Source of the DNA: Antedon mediterranea
Lineage: Eukaryota > Animalia > Echinodermata
Reading direction: 5' to 3'
Length of the DNA: 64,000 nt
Assembly (NCBI RefSeq): GCF_964355755.1
Contig: NC_092678.1
Coordinates: 17,811,365-17,875,364 of the forward strand
Below, piece by piece: positions 26,251 to 39,919 of the stretch; position 1 is the first letter of the stretch; the number at the start of each line of letters is the position of its first letter. Made by a program: the position numbers and the translations under genes. The notes beneath the pieces are model-generated. The model made no database searches, was not told the origin of the DNA, and worked only from the letters and a program-made list of their open reading frames with translations.

Positions 26251-28019
26251 ACAACTATTTTTTAATAATGTACAAACAATGAAATGAATACCATCCCATT
26301 AATTACCGGTATGTACGGAGAAAGCTCGAGCGGAAATCGAGGGTTACTTTTGCCAACAAGACGAAGCGCGAAACAAATAAAAATGCAGCGCAAAACATCT
26401 GAAATGATATACAATTTCCTACAAAATAAAAAGACAGAATATAATTATATATAACTATAACTAGCAGTAACCCTTGCGACGCATGGTCTTTAAACAGCTT
26501 TGCATGGGCAAGTATAATAACAGCGCACTTTGATAAAGGTACTTTGACAAATTATTAAAATAAAAACAAATTGTATAAAGAATAAAATTCGGAACTACTG
26601 TTGGTTTGTAATACGCTATTCCTTCACTTCAATATATGTAGGCTAAAAATTAAAGCAATAGTACAGTGGATATGGAACTTTGACTTTACTTTTGACTGAA
26701 AAAAATAAAATACGCTTAATAAGAAAATTTGTGCTGTGTAAAATTAGCTGATGCGCGCAAACACATAACGAAAGTATAATAATGCAAAACTATATTATTT
26801 TGAGTGTTTTTCGTGGTGTATTAATTATTTGATACGTAGAGATAAAAAAAAGTGGATAACAATCGAATGAAAAACACATTGCTGCGGAAACACGAATTAA
26901 GTTTATTTATTTATATTTTATTTTTATTTCAATGGTTTTGATATTTTGCAATTTTTTTAAATGGGAGATTTGTTACGTACTTGCTACTTTTGTAATTAAA
27001 GTGTTGTCTACCAGAAACCAGTGCTCCGCACGGTTTGCCTACCTTAATAATTATTCGCATGGCATGATTATTAAGTATAATAAAAGCGTACTTTTCCCGG
27101 CCACAATATTTCTTTTTGTATAAGTTGGGGGACACCTCACAAAATAAACATGGATATTCATTAATAATGTCCATAAGCTACGTTAGAAATGAGCTAACAA
27201 TTCGCTAATACAAACGTTTTCTGTCGAGCCGTCTGTATAGTCGAGTGGATTAGGCTATGGATTTTACATGTCGATGTAGGCCTATGGGGTTCTTTTTACT
27301 TTATAGTGAGAGAGTGATTATTTAGAGGGTTAGGTTTAGTTATATTTAGGAACTTAAGTAGTTCGGCTATCTTTCACATAAGGGGCCCCAACTTTTGTAC
27401 GAAATAAAAATTTGCTTCCTGGCCCCTGACAAATTGTTTTTTTAAACGAACAAATTGTCAACAATTCAATTCGGAACTACTTAAGATTTTTTTTTTTTAA
27501 TGATAAAATATGAATTGGTAAGTTATCGAATTAAGATGTGAAGTATTGGAATAATAACAGTGATGCGCTCGGACACAAACATTTTGGGTATATTTTTGTT
27601 GATATTTGATATTTAGCGGATTGGATTCCTTTGTGTGTTATTTTATTTACATTTTTGAAAAAATGACACAAAACTATACATTTGTTTTGTGGAAACACGA
27701 CACCTAGGCTATTGGATTCGTTTTATTTGTGTGTTTTTTTTTGTTTGTTCATTTACATTTTTTTCATGTGATTGTTTTTTCTATTTTGTTGTGTGCATTT
27801 GTTCGTATCTTTTTTGCTAGTTTTATAATTACATTGTGGTTTAGTTTTGATTTTTAGCTATAAAAACGGTGATACAATTAGTACACAGCAAAATTTGAAA
27901 TTCTAAGCAAGAAAAAAAAATCTTGTTTTAAGAAAAAATTCTTAAAATAAGTATTTTTTTTCTTGTCAAGATTTAAAATTACTTAAAACAAGAAATAATT
28001 TTCTAGAAAAGACACATTT

Positions 28020-29445
28020 TCTTAAATTAAGTTTTGCAATATTCTTGAAAATGCTTATTACAAGAAATATTTTACTTAAAATAAGAAGTCAATATCATTC
28101 TCTTCTTATTAAGAATAGTTTTGCTTAAAACAAGATTTGAAAATACTTAATTTGAAAAGTATTTTACTTAAAATAAGAAATCTATATTATATTTATCCCT
28201 ATCAAGAATAATTTTTCTTAAATCAAGATTGATGAATTATAAAAATTACTTAAAACAATAAATATTTTTCTAGGTAAGACAAAGTTTCTTAAATTAGGTT
28301 TCGCAATAGTCTTGAAAATACTTGTTTTGAGAAATATTTTACTTAAAATAAGAAGTCAATTTCACACTACCCTTATCAAGATTATTTTTACTTGAATCAA
28401 GATTCGCAATATTCTTGAAAATGCTTATTACAAGAAATATTTTACTTAAAATAAGAAGTCAATATCATTCTCTTCTTATTAAGAATAGTTTTGCTTAAAA
28501 CAAGATTTGAAAATACTTAATTTGAAAAGTATTTTACTTAAAATAAGAAATCAATATTATATTTATCCCTATCAAGAATAATTTTTCTTAAATCAAGATT
28601 GATGAATTCTGAAAATTACTTAAAACAATAAATATTTTTCTAGGTAAGACAAAGTTTCTTAAATTAGGTTTCGCAATATTCTTAAAAATATTTATTTTGA
28701 GAAATGTTTTACTTAAAATAAGAAGGCAATATCATACTATCTTATCAAGACTATTTTTGCTTAAATTGAGATTCGCAATATTTAAAAAAATACTTATTTT
28801 GAGAAATGTTTTACTTAAAATAAGAAGTCAATATCATACTATCTTATCAAGACTATTTTTACTTGAATCAAGATTCGCAATATTCTTAAAAATACTTATT
28901 TCGAGAAATGTTTTACTTAAAATAAGAAGTCAATATCATACTATCTTATCAAGACTATTTTTGCTTAAATTGAGATTCGCAATATTTTTAAAAATACTTA
29001 TTTTGAAAAATGTTTTACTTACAATAAGAAGTCAATATCATACTATCCTATCAAGACTATTTTTGCTTGAATTCAGATTCGCAATATTCTGATTTTGAGA
29101 AATGTTTTACTTAAAATAAGAAGTCAATATCATACTATCTTATCAAGACTATTTTTACTTGAATCAAGATTCGCAATATTCTTTAAAATACTTATTTTGA
29201 GAAATGTTTTACTTAAAATAAGAAGTCAATATCATACTATCTTATCAAGACTATTTTTGCTTAAATTGAGATTCGCAATATTTTTAAAAATACTTATTTT
29301 GAGAAATGTTTTACTTAAGATAAGAAGTCAATATCATACTACTGTATATCCTATCAAGACTATTTTTGCTTGAATTGAAGTCAATTCTATTTTAATATTC
29401 TTAAAAATACTTATTTTGAGAAATGTTTAACTTAAAATAGATTGT
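28020..29445. repeat. About 102-bp AT-rich tandem array (left subterminal)
   Basis: 34-codon periodicity in ORFs 28697-29373; more diverged units toward 28020, including a duplicated ~370-bp block. Confidence 0.92.
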
Positions 29446-31729
29446 CAATATCCTTATATTCACACAACGGTAGAGCAGTTAGCACTTCAGTTTCAACTGA
29501 TGAAAGAATCTGGGTAATCAAACTGTTTGTGCTTTGAATAATCGATTGCACTGCAACCTAAAGAAAATAATATTGATTTAATATTTTTTATATTCAAGTT
29601 TTAATATGTTTAAAAACTAAGTTGTGCTTTAGTTGGGGAGCTATGCAGCCTAACAAAAAAAATGTTATTTGTAACAATGAAATTGGTCACAAAAAATGCA
29701 ACATAAACTATAAGGAAGGCCTAATAATAGATAATACAATTATAATGTAACAGTTATTTTGTAATGTAGCCATGAAATATTTACGAAGGATTATATTATA
29801 TACACATATTCCAATGAGAAATATAATGACATTTAAAAACTTAATGTTTCTAACTCTAAATTTAAAAAAAAACATACTAAAAAAACAAACAAAAAACATA
29901 CGTACTGCATAACTAAAATTGTTATATTAAATTTCTTTTTAAAAAACTGTGTTATTTACAATATCTTAAATTATTTGTTAGGTAATTGAAGAAGTTCGAA
30001 GGATACTATTAATTATTACTAGGCAAAGAGGAATGAAATACAAAAGAAAGCTTTTTAAAAAAGTGCTTAGCAAATTTTTCCAAAGAAGAGAATAATATAG
30101 TTTATTTTGGTATTTTAAAGAGAAACACCAGTCCTCCATCTGGTAAGTACAGTGTATGTTTTTGTACTTTTATCTATTCATAAATAGTTTTATAATGGAC
30201 CAATGGTAGTGAGGAAAATATGTGTACATATTGTGTACGTATTTTTAACAGCTTGGTTCGACTCAAGCTAGTGTCATGCACTCCTCCCTTTGACAACTAA
30301 AATTAAATAAATGACTTATGAATATTAATTTTTGACATATTAATGCTCTCCTGGCCAGCCCACACTTTCCCCTTCCTTTTACATTGACCACCTACAAAAC
30401 TGTAGGCTACATTATTAAAAATTTGAGCTACAGTATATCAAGTTTATGTCCATACATTATTCCACTCATTTAAAGATGTATTGTCCCTTGAAACACAAAA
30501 AATGGAAAAAAAAATATTCTAAATTTAAATTGGCCATATCAAAGTAATATTAAAGTTATTCACTTTAAGTCGAAAATTCGAGCCAAAAACAACAAGTTTA
30601 CGTAATTAACAGGTAAATTAATGTGATTACATTTCATCTGGGAAATCGTCGCAAGCGAAAGTAAAATAAATTTAGACCCTAATAATTTAACTAAAAATAA
30701 TAGATACAGACAGGCCTGTCTTTGGGATCGGTATAAACAGGGCAAAGTTTGTGATTAAAAAGTTCAAATGCATATTCCACCCACCCTTATGTCTTATAAT
30801 GTAAAATTATTCTTACCACCGTTCTAATATTGCGTCATGTTTTTGTGTTTACCGCCCCAGATATAGGACTCTAAAACCACACCGTACCCAATTAGTTGAT
30901 GATGTTACACATATTTTAAATACAGTAATAACTAAAACTATATTAATCTCTTTTCATTTTTAGGAACATGAATAAAGATCCAGAATCCTGGTCTTCACGC
31001 CGATCAGGTAATATGCCGGTATTGCTTTTGGACACAGAAATGGCCTACATTAAAGTTTAGCAAACAATTCTAACTACAAAGAAAGCAAAATTAGATGAGG
31101 CTCTAGTTACTCTCCTCTCCACTTTTTACCTTCTGGATTTCGATTATCCAAAATGAAAAGAAGTAGGCCTCACTATCCTTTAACAGTTAGTGATTTGTGA
31201 TGAAAACACACCTGTACACTTGACAAAGGCTGTTGAATCATCATTAGTATACATTAATAAATTTAAAGACACCTAATAGTTTAAAGCCCAGGTGCGGGAG
31301 AAGAATTTTACGAAATTTGTATTTTACCATTTTAATGTTTTTAAGTTTTCTTTTGATGGCATTTTATTATTAATAAAAACAAGTTTGTTTTAAAGAAGTT
31401 GTATATATTATTGTACCTAATGTCATGTAAATTGTAGTTCTTAATGAAAATAACAGTATTGTTAATATTATGTTTTATAACATTCTTGAATTTATTTGTT
31501 TAAGTAAAATATTACTTAAAATGAGTATTCATTTATCGTTCTTAAAATAAATTTTTAATGATTTATATTTTATAGAATTCTTGTTTCAAGCAATTTTTTT
31601 CCCAATATAAGTAAGAATTTACGAATTTTAATTTGATAGAATTCTTGTTTCAAGCAATACTTTTCTTAAAATAAGTAAACATTTACTGGTTTTTATTTGA
31701 TAGACTTCTTGTTTACTTATTTTAAAAAA

Positions 31730-32960
31730 AGTTTTGCTTGAAACAAGAATTCTACAAATAAAAATCGGAATATTCTTACTTATTTTAAGAAATATATTGC
31801 TTGAAACAAGAAAACTAAAAATATAAATCGGAATATTCTTACTTATTTTAAGAAAAATATTGCTTAAAACAAGAATTCTAAAAAATACAAACCGGAATAT
31901 TCTTACTTATTTTAAGAAAAATATTGCTTGAAACAAGAATTTTACAAATAAAAATCGGAATATTCTTACTTATTTTAAGAAATATATTGCTTGAAACAAG
32001 AATTCAAAAAATACAAATCGGAATATTCTTACTTATTTTAAGAAAAATATTGCTTGAAACAAGAATTCAAAAAATACAAATCGGAATATTCTTACTTATT
32101 TTAAGAAAAATATTGCTTGAAACAAGAATTCAAAAAATACAAATCGGAATATTCTTACTTATTTTAAGAAATATATTGCTTGAAACAAGAATATTAAAAT
32201 TAAAAATCGGAATATTCTTACTTATTTTAAGAAAAATATTGCTTAAAACAAGAATTCTAAAAAATACAAATCGGAATATTCTTACTTATTTTAAGAAAAA
32301 TATTGCTTGAAACAAGAATTCTACAAATAAAAATCGGAATATTCTTACTTATTTTAAGAAATATTTGGCTTGAAACAAGAATTCAAAAAATACAAATCGG
32401 AATATTCTTACTTATTTTAAGAAAAAAATTGCTTGAAACAAGAATTCAAAAAATACAAATCGGAATATTCTTACTTATTTTAAGAAAAATATTGCTTGAA
32501 ACAAGAATTCAAAAAATACAAATCGGAATATTCTTACTTATTTTAAGAAAAATATTGCTTGAAACAAGAATTCAAAAAATAAAAATCGGAATATTCTTAC
32601 TTATTTTAAGAAATATCTTGCTTGAAACAAGAATTCAAAAAAATACAAATCGGAATATTCTTACTTATTTTAAGAAATATATTGCTTGAAACAAGAATTC
32701 TATAAAATACAAATCGGAATATTCTTACTTATTTTAAGAAATATCTTGCTTGAAACAAGAATTCAAAAAAATACAAATCGGAATATTCTTACTTATTTTA
32801 AGAAATATATTGCTTGAAACAAGAATTCTATAAAATACAAATCGGAATATTCTTACTTATTTTAAGAAATATATTGCTTGAAACAAGAATTCAAAAAAAT
32901 ACAAATCGGAATATTCTTACTTATTTTAAGAAAAATATTGCTTGAAACAAGAATTCTATT
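31730..32960. repeat. 63/64-bp tandem array, roughly 19 units (right subterminal)
   Basis: Unit TTGCTTGAAACAAGAATTC...AAATCGGAATATTCTTACTTATTTTAAGAAA; 21-codon periodicity in the spurious ORFs. Confidence 0.95.
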
Positions 32961-35269
32961 TTAAAAAATCGATAAATTGTTACTTATTTTAAGGCAGATA
33001 CTGCTTAAAACAAGAATGAAAAAAGCAATTAGATTCTTGGTAAGAATATTGTTCTTAAAGTATTATTTCTTGGTAAGAATAATTTTCTTGATAAGAATTT
33101 GTGTGATTCTTGTTAAGAATTTTACGATTCTTGGTAAGCCAAAAAGTATTGAAATACGGACAAGTCAAAATTTACTTGTTTTAAGAAATATTTTGCTTGA
33201 AACAAGTTTTTTTTTTCTTAAAACAAGAATCAGAATTTTGCTGTGTACACATGTCGCGGATTGAACTCGAACCTACTAAGCATTGATATCAATGGTCACG
33301 GCGATTTCCTCACTGAGCCAAACCGTGATTTACAAAATACATTCTGTTCCAAGGATAATTCATTAAAATTTCAACTGCGCGATCATATTCGATATCGGTT
33401 GACTAAAGACTGTTTATTTAACGGCCCGGAATGGTATTTGTAGATCCGGCCATGGCGGTACACAACATAGGAGGTTGCGTAGTTTATACAGTGACGTAAC
33501 ATGGTCGCTGAGACGTCAAATTACTGCTATTTTTTGCCTTTTTTTAGTGTTTATCCTTAAAATTCAGGAAAGTGACTTAGCCTGTCGTGTCTGGCCCCTC
33601 AATAAACATCAGTGTGCCAAATGTGATCACGTACCTTTCAGTGGTTTTGGAGGAGACTTATTTCCAAAGGCTCGGACATGTAAGAAGGGCCTTAAAAAAC
33701 TGAATTGCTATATGTTAGACCACATTTCCATAACTTTTCAAAACTCATCGATCCCTCTGCTAGTAGGCCTAATTAATAGGAGCGTATCGCCAAATCATTA
33801 CAAAAAAAAACATAGCAAGATGTAATAAATCAAACAACGGCCAAAGAATACTAATAATTTTAATTTAGTTAATTTAATTACTACGGTGGTGGACTATGCT
33901 TAGTTTGAAACTATAGTGACCATTTATTTTAGAAAGAAAGGTAGAAAAAGTTGTTTTCATCTCCATGTTAATACCAAGGCACTTTTCAATTAAAAAATCT
34001 GTCCTAGTATTCTTGCAATGTCGTCACAGCTCCAGTTACAAAAGGTGGTTCAAAGTGTCAATCATTTGACCAGTGTACAGCCCACTGGTATGATAATAGT
34101 GTCTATTGAATCCGTCCGTAAAACACATTAATCACTCACATCAGTCATTCCGCTAATGGTTGCGTCTAATGATGAATTCTATTCTATTCAGTTAAAATTA
34201 GAAAGTTGATCTCTTGACCTATATTATTCAATATCTCTGCCATATTCTGTAACCGGCTGTCTGTCCCGTCGTACATCTCACCGCACGCAGTTTAGTATGT
34301 CTTCCCGAAAAGGGCATCAATATTATGTGTAGGCCTATTGGTAATTTGCCAATAATAAAATACGAAATATTATAATATAATATACTATTATTTACATCTG
34401 ACCACAGAGCCTCGATAGCCAAACCAAACAATATTATAGGACTAAAAGTACAACAAAACAACTTTAACGATTATATTTTCACAGCAATGATTTATTTAAA
34501 TCAAATATTAATAAATTTTCACACAAAGTAAAGCTTGTGGTTCCCACAAAAGACCCAATGCAAGGAGGATAGGCCTATAGGTAGACACAAAGCAAGTGAG
34601 TTGACCAATCACATGTGATTGTGCACAAGCGACAGTAGAGTTCGAATAACCCATCGCTTGTAGGCTAATATTGGTTACATTGTTAACTTTTAATACTGAT
34701 TTTATGTAAATGCAATACGTTCAGCTTCTGCTGATTTTTGTATATGTGTTTTTTATACCGAAAAAAATAAAAGTACATAGGCTGGATGCAAGTGAGTTGA
34801 CCAATCACAAAATCCATCACTTGTGATTGGTCACTAACGTTGCGCTCTGTGCATTGCGTCTCTGTAGTGGAACCAAGCATAATGTACCAAGCATGCAGTA
34901 ATACTTTTTTCACAGAATCTTCAATAGACTATACATTGATACGGTTATACCAATTAATCACAACATGATAAAGCAAACAAAGTTATAGATCGGGGTTGGT
35001 GAGATCTGTCATTATAAGGGTTTAATTTGTCCATTATAATGTTGTTGTTGTGGACAGAAAAACCACAATAGTTATTTATTTATTTTTATTCAAAACTTTC
35101 CAACAGGAACAATGTTCCCATTTACAGGTGATGTTATATAAAAAATAAAATATAAAATATATATGTATATACTCAAAAGCACATAATTCCTATGACGGTA
35201 TAATTATAATGGACAGGTTCACCAACCCTATTGAAATTACATTATTACATTAAATCAAAAACTCTTGTA

Positions 35270-35860
35270 TGCTATATATCGATAAATGTATAGGTTATAT
35301 TAATGAAATAAACCAACATCAATTCTAACATAAACCTAATACAATCCACCAAACTACATCGATAAATGTATAGGTTTATTATTGAAAAAGTCAACATCAA
35401 TTGAAATAAATACTACATTTTATCTACCAAATCTTACATAAAACTAACACAATCCACCAAACTACATCGATAAATGTATAGGTTATATTAATGAAAAAGC
35501 CAACATCAATTGAAATAAATACTACATCTTATCTACCAAATCTTACATAAAACCAATACAATCCACCAAACTACATCCATAAATGTATAGGTTATATTAA
35601 TGAAATAAGCCAACATCAATTCTTATATAAAACTAATACAATCCACCAAACTACATCGATAAATGTATAGGTTTATTAATGAAAAAGCTAACATCAATTG
35701 AAATAAATACTACATTTTATCTACCAAATCTTACATAAAACTAACACAATCCACCGAACTACTGTAAATCGATTAATGGTTATATTAATGAAAAAGCCAA
35801 CATATACACAGAAATAAAACAACATCTTATCTACCAAATCCACCAAACTACACTGTAAAT
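35270..35860. repeat. Tandem repeat with mixed ~80-bp and ~110-bp units
   Basis: ACAATCCACCAAACTACATCGATAAATGTATAGGTT recurs about five times. Confidence 0.85.
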
Positions 35861-36409
35861 CAATAAGTGTAACCGTATAACTTTAAAGGCCAGGTGTGGG
35901 CAAAACAGTTCTATTGATCATACATTCCAATAATTATCGATCTATAGATTCCCCTGTTTTCATACTTTTTGGGATTTTATTTGTGTTACACAAGCGAGTT
36001 GAAAATAAGCACTTTCTTATCAGAATCTTTATTTGCAGATAGTTCTAGTTCATGACTTTTCCGTTACATAAGTCAGGCCTATAAATACAGTTAATTATTT
36101 CTCAAAATATAAAGTATGTTATTTATTTGTAGTAAGTCGGATGTATGTATGGATATACGGATCGGATAGAAACAGAAATATGGAATTAAAGTCCGCAATA
36201 TTGAATATTGTTTTTGTGCAGAATTACATGAAGTACCATTTGGAAAAAATAATTATTTTGGAATAAATTGATTGTTGAGATAATTAATGGTTGTAAGGTC
36301 ATTAATATATTGATATGAAAACACGATCATGCATTCCATTTTGCCAAAGTAGTAGACAAGAAATCCAAAATGCAATAAAAAAAAAATATTTAGAAAACAA
36401 TAAACAATG

Positions 36410-36795
36410 AACACGATTACATTATTAGTCTTCGTCTGGAAATTTCAGAGGAAACCTTGTTTTTAATTTTTACAAGTTGTACACAAAGCCTTATCGACAA
36501 ACAGTGTATTTCGGCGAAAATTACCATGGAAAGCAGAGCGTATGTCTGCCACTTCCGCTAACCAGAAGCCGATAGCCAAGACGAAAGTATCCGTGGCCAT
36601 CTTGGTTGTAACATTGTTAACGGAATATATGCTTTATCGCTTCTCAGTTCAGAAATCAGGAGCCATGGTCTGCAGAAGAAAAAAAACGTAAACACAATTA
36701 TTAAAAATGGAAAGAAAATTAGGAATCATAATTTTTACCGATTTCTGTTGTTGTTTCCGATAATCATAATGCGTTTCTGTTCAGAAACGGGGTAG
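36410..36795 (+). pseudogene. Decayed GRL101/RXFP-like (LGR type C) 7TM fragment, ECL2 to TM6
   Basis: YFGENYHGKQSVCLPLPLTRSR* from 36507, ..VAI/LGCNIV, and MERKLGIIIFTDFCC/FPIIIMRFCSETG from 36707; matches the FYGxxGVCLPL and IVFTDFxCWxPI signatures, with stops and frameshifts. Confidence 0.75.
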
Positions 36796-37488
36796 TGGGA
36801 TGGATAATCCTGAGAAAATGATAGGCCTCGTTTGGGATTTGTACAATTGTCTACATGTTCACATGCAAACAGGTAAGAGCCAAGCCGGACCTTCCCACTG
36901 AGCATTTACACGTCACGCGAAAAGATTTGCCCGAAGCTAGACACAGTTCTATCGATTTCGCGCGTTGCAAATTCACCGCTTTAACTGAAAATCCACTGAC
37001 GTTCAACACAGGCATGTGAACGGTGAGAGGGAGGACAATTGACCTCCCAAAACTTAAATCATGGGATGACAAATAAAAATAGCATTTTAAAGAGATTTCT
37101 TTTCAATAACATATTCTTATAACTCCTTTCGCTCAGCAATACAAACATGATAATATAATAATAACAGCCAGACCGAAACAATGCGCTTGTCACGAGAAAG
37201 GGATTCTGTAAAATGCTTCTGAATTTGTAAAACTTAATGGAATATGTATTTAAGAATGTCCTTTTACCCGTCACATTAATAACTGCTTAAAAAATATAAA
37301 AACTGAAAAAAACCACAATTTTTGATTGTCTATAATATACAGAGAATATATAGAGAACGTGTAAAGTGTACAGCAGAATGAAATAAATGACAAAAAAAGG
37401 AAGAATAAAATATTACTTAGTTTAGTGGATTGTCAGTGTTAAGGTAAGATAACACAGTGCTGTGTATTCATATACTACTGTACATTAC

Positions 37489-37642
37489 CGTAAAATCTTC
37501 AGTGCTTCTTGTCGAATCCATCGGACACATCAACTCTCGGAATTTTCCCTTTAATATTTCTTTACATGCTGCAAGGGTAACTCTCGGCTCGCAGACTTCA
37601 ATTTTATAAACAAGGCAGCAAATTCGGCGATGATCCGATTTC
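37489..37642 (-). CDS. Right LRR gene, cysteine-rich C-cap/hinge exon (KSDHRRICCLVYKIEVCEPRVTLAACKEILK...)
   Basis: aatag|G phase 2 acceptor fits the LRR exons; xSDxxxxCC-x7-CxP-x6-CxxIL resembles the GRL101/RXFP hinge. The 3' end is uncertain (ACG|gtaatg donor, or read-through to the stop at 37468). Confidence 0.7.
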
Positions 37643-38039
37643 CTATTTTTGAATAAAGAATGAATAAATAAAAACATGATAGTTATTCACTTTGACGATG
37701 GATCAAGAAAAAATAATAATTTTCCTGAACAAACTGTAATTTATAGCCACAAATTCAGATTGGCGTTTATGTTTTATAACTGAAATTATTTGTTTTTTTT
37801 CCTTATATTTTTAGTAGTAAACTTTATTAAAACTACAAATGACCTATTCATTTTTTATGTTTTTTTGTACAATACACATGTTATCGAAATATCTTGCTAT
37901 ATCGACATATTAATTCGATAATGCTGTCTTACCTGAATATACGTTCGTACTTTTAAGTCGATTAATTTGATTAGATTTAAGTTATCTTATATCTTATGCG
38001 AAATTCATGTTACGAATGAGAGTACGTTTATTGTAAATA

Positions 38040-38172
38040 CATAATATAAAAATAACGCTTAAAAGAGAACGACGTTTCGACTCCATCATGGGGTCATTAT
38101 CAAGTCCATTGATAATGACCCCATGATGGAGTCGAAACGTCGTTCTCTTTTAAGCGTTATTTTTATATTATG
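38040..38172. mobile_element. Perfect 64-bp inverted repeat, Penelope-like terminal fragment with a hammerhead-like motif
   Basis: Arms 38040-38103 and 38109-38172 with a 5-nt loop; each arm has TTGATAATGACCCC-ATGAT-GGAGTCGAAAC; direct repeat GAAATTCATGTT flanks the insertion. Confidence 0.6.
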
Positions 38173-38344
38173 AAATTCATGTTTTTAAGTTAATTTGATT
38201 AAAGTATGTGACCATCGGATCAATAATCAATACCAATGTAAACTTTACACCGACGTGTAGGTTCTGGTTTTTTTTTATATTAATTGTATATATTGCACAC
38301 TTTTGACGATGATCTTAGCTATAAAAAACCAGGTGAATACTTAC

Positions 38345-38416
38345 AATTCGTTTATGTTGATCAAGTTTTCAAAAGTACTATCTCTGTAATTTTTTAATTC
38401 GTTGCCTTGTATCAAA
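38345..38416 (-). CDS. Right LRR gene, last LRR exon LIQGNELKNYRDSTFENLININE
   Basis: 72 nt, ttttgcag| and |gtaagt, phase 2-2; the divergent GN-type repeat is typical of the final LRR before an LGR hinge. Confidence 0.85.
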
Positions 38417-39162
38417 CTGCAAAAAAAAATATTTTAAAATAAAAATGAGTAAAAGATTCAGTGGTATTAGGTCATGAAGACATTTCTCATTCTTATGTCT
38501 TTAGTGGTTTACCCTGTACGTTACTAACTTTGACGTAACGCACGGACGCTGTAAGTAAATTGACAAATTACGACATAAAAATAGGTCATCCGAACTGTTT
38601 CTTGTGATTGGTCAACTCATTTGCGTTTTGCCTACGTCATTGCGTTGCGTCCAAGTGGACACCTAGATCTGAATTAGGCCCTACAGTAGTACATTTTATC
38701 CAGCAATTGAGTGTTTGCTACTCGGCAAGGTAAGGCATACTTCTTGTTTTCATTTTTTTCGTCTGTTCATTTTAGATATTATATCTAAGCATATATATAT
38801 TAATATTATAATTTAAGCTAATTTCATTACAAAACAGACATATTTAACTAAACGTTATGACGTCATACTGTTATTTAAATATGCTAATAATTATACTTAT
38901 AACATTTATATATATCCGTGCTATCACTTAGAATATATTATGAGGCTTCAAGTGGTAAATGGCGGTCATTTTGAATGTATGTTAATTAACCCAATTTCTT
39001 TTTGGTAAACTTCAGATATGATGTTCATTTGGACCATATAAAGCAAACAAAACCAAACACCATTGCTGTTGCAATTTGTTCTAATGTTGACTTATCTTTA
39101 CTGGACAAAGATACAATGACCTCATGGCAATGTTTTAAAGACGCCGTTGTGTGCCCATATGC

Positions 39163-39482
39163 GGGTGAGTGAGTGGCCGAGCGGTTAAGACAGTGGAACC
39201 GTAATTACGTAGCCATAACATCGGCATGGGTTCGAGGCTCACTCACTCCATGGTTCTGGTGGTAGAACGAGTCTTCTCGGATAAGGACTATAAACCGTAG
39301 GTCCAGTGTACACATCTAGCTCGTGTGCACTTTAAAGAACCTAGTACATCTTTCGAGACGAGTAGGGGGTTACCCCGGTGTATTAGTACATCACAGCCAC
39401 TGATCACCAACTGGGCCCTCTGGGAGACCAGTCTTTGACTGAAGAGGTTACCCAGTATAAATATATATTTCAATCAATCAAT
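39163..39482 (+). mobile_element. tRNA-derived SINE
   Basis: Pol III A box TGGCCGAGCGG, B box GGTTCGAGGC, core GGACTATAAACCGTAGGTCC...TAAAGAACC...GAGTAGGGG, and a (CAAT)n tail. Confidence 0.85.
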
Positions 39483-39919
39483 TCATGTCTATGACCCGGG
39501 GACACTGTGTTAAATATGGCAAACATCATATTTGAAAAAGAAAGCAATGTTTAGTGAGAGAAGGGAAACTGCATGTGTTGTGTATTGCTTTTAGACATAA
39601 ACAGGTACCACAGTACGAGAATTGCAGGGTGTCCAACGGACGAGTACCATGTATGTATATCGAAAACAAAGCTATTATAAAATGTATTTTACAGACTATG
39701 TCTACGACACATAATCTGTTGTATGACAAGAATTAATGAATAAGTCCGATAATTGTACAGAGCATCAAACAACTACATGCAGATTATTAAACATTTTGAC
39801 AAACATAGCGTTTCATACGTATGGTACGTGTACACACTATATAGAAAACATCGAAACGCGACAACAGAAAAAAAGACAATAACAGAGACTTGGGACAAGT
39901 CTATAGAGTATTAACTTAC

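Larger units (their letters stand above)
27884..33245. mobile_element. EnSpm/CACTA (CMC)-type non-autonomous transposon with subterminal tandem arrays
   Basis: TIR CACAGCAAAATT / AATTTTGCTGTG with TA on both sides; decayed internal ORF pieces (LDEALVTLLSTFYLLDFDYPK at about 31090-31155, plus strand). Confidence 0.75.

Noticed and set aside
28697-33264. Leu/Ile-rich periodic ORFs that look like LRR or repeat proteins
   Set aside because: Stop-free frames of 102-bp and 63-bp satellites inside a transposon; frames shift between units.
33950-34330. Possible further exons of the right LRR gene
   Set aside because: No open, phase-compatible exon with TM or domain similarity was found.
36840-37020. 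Open plus-strand frame after the 7TM fragment (IVYMFTCKQ...FNTGM*)
   Set aside because: Could be a receptor C-tail, but the TM7 NPxxY motif is absent and there is no independent support.
39163-39250. Possible tRNA gene
   Set aside because: Continues into a SINE body and tail; no convincing cloverleaf.
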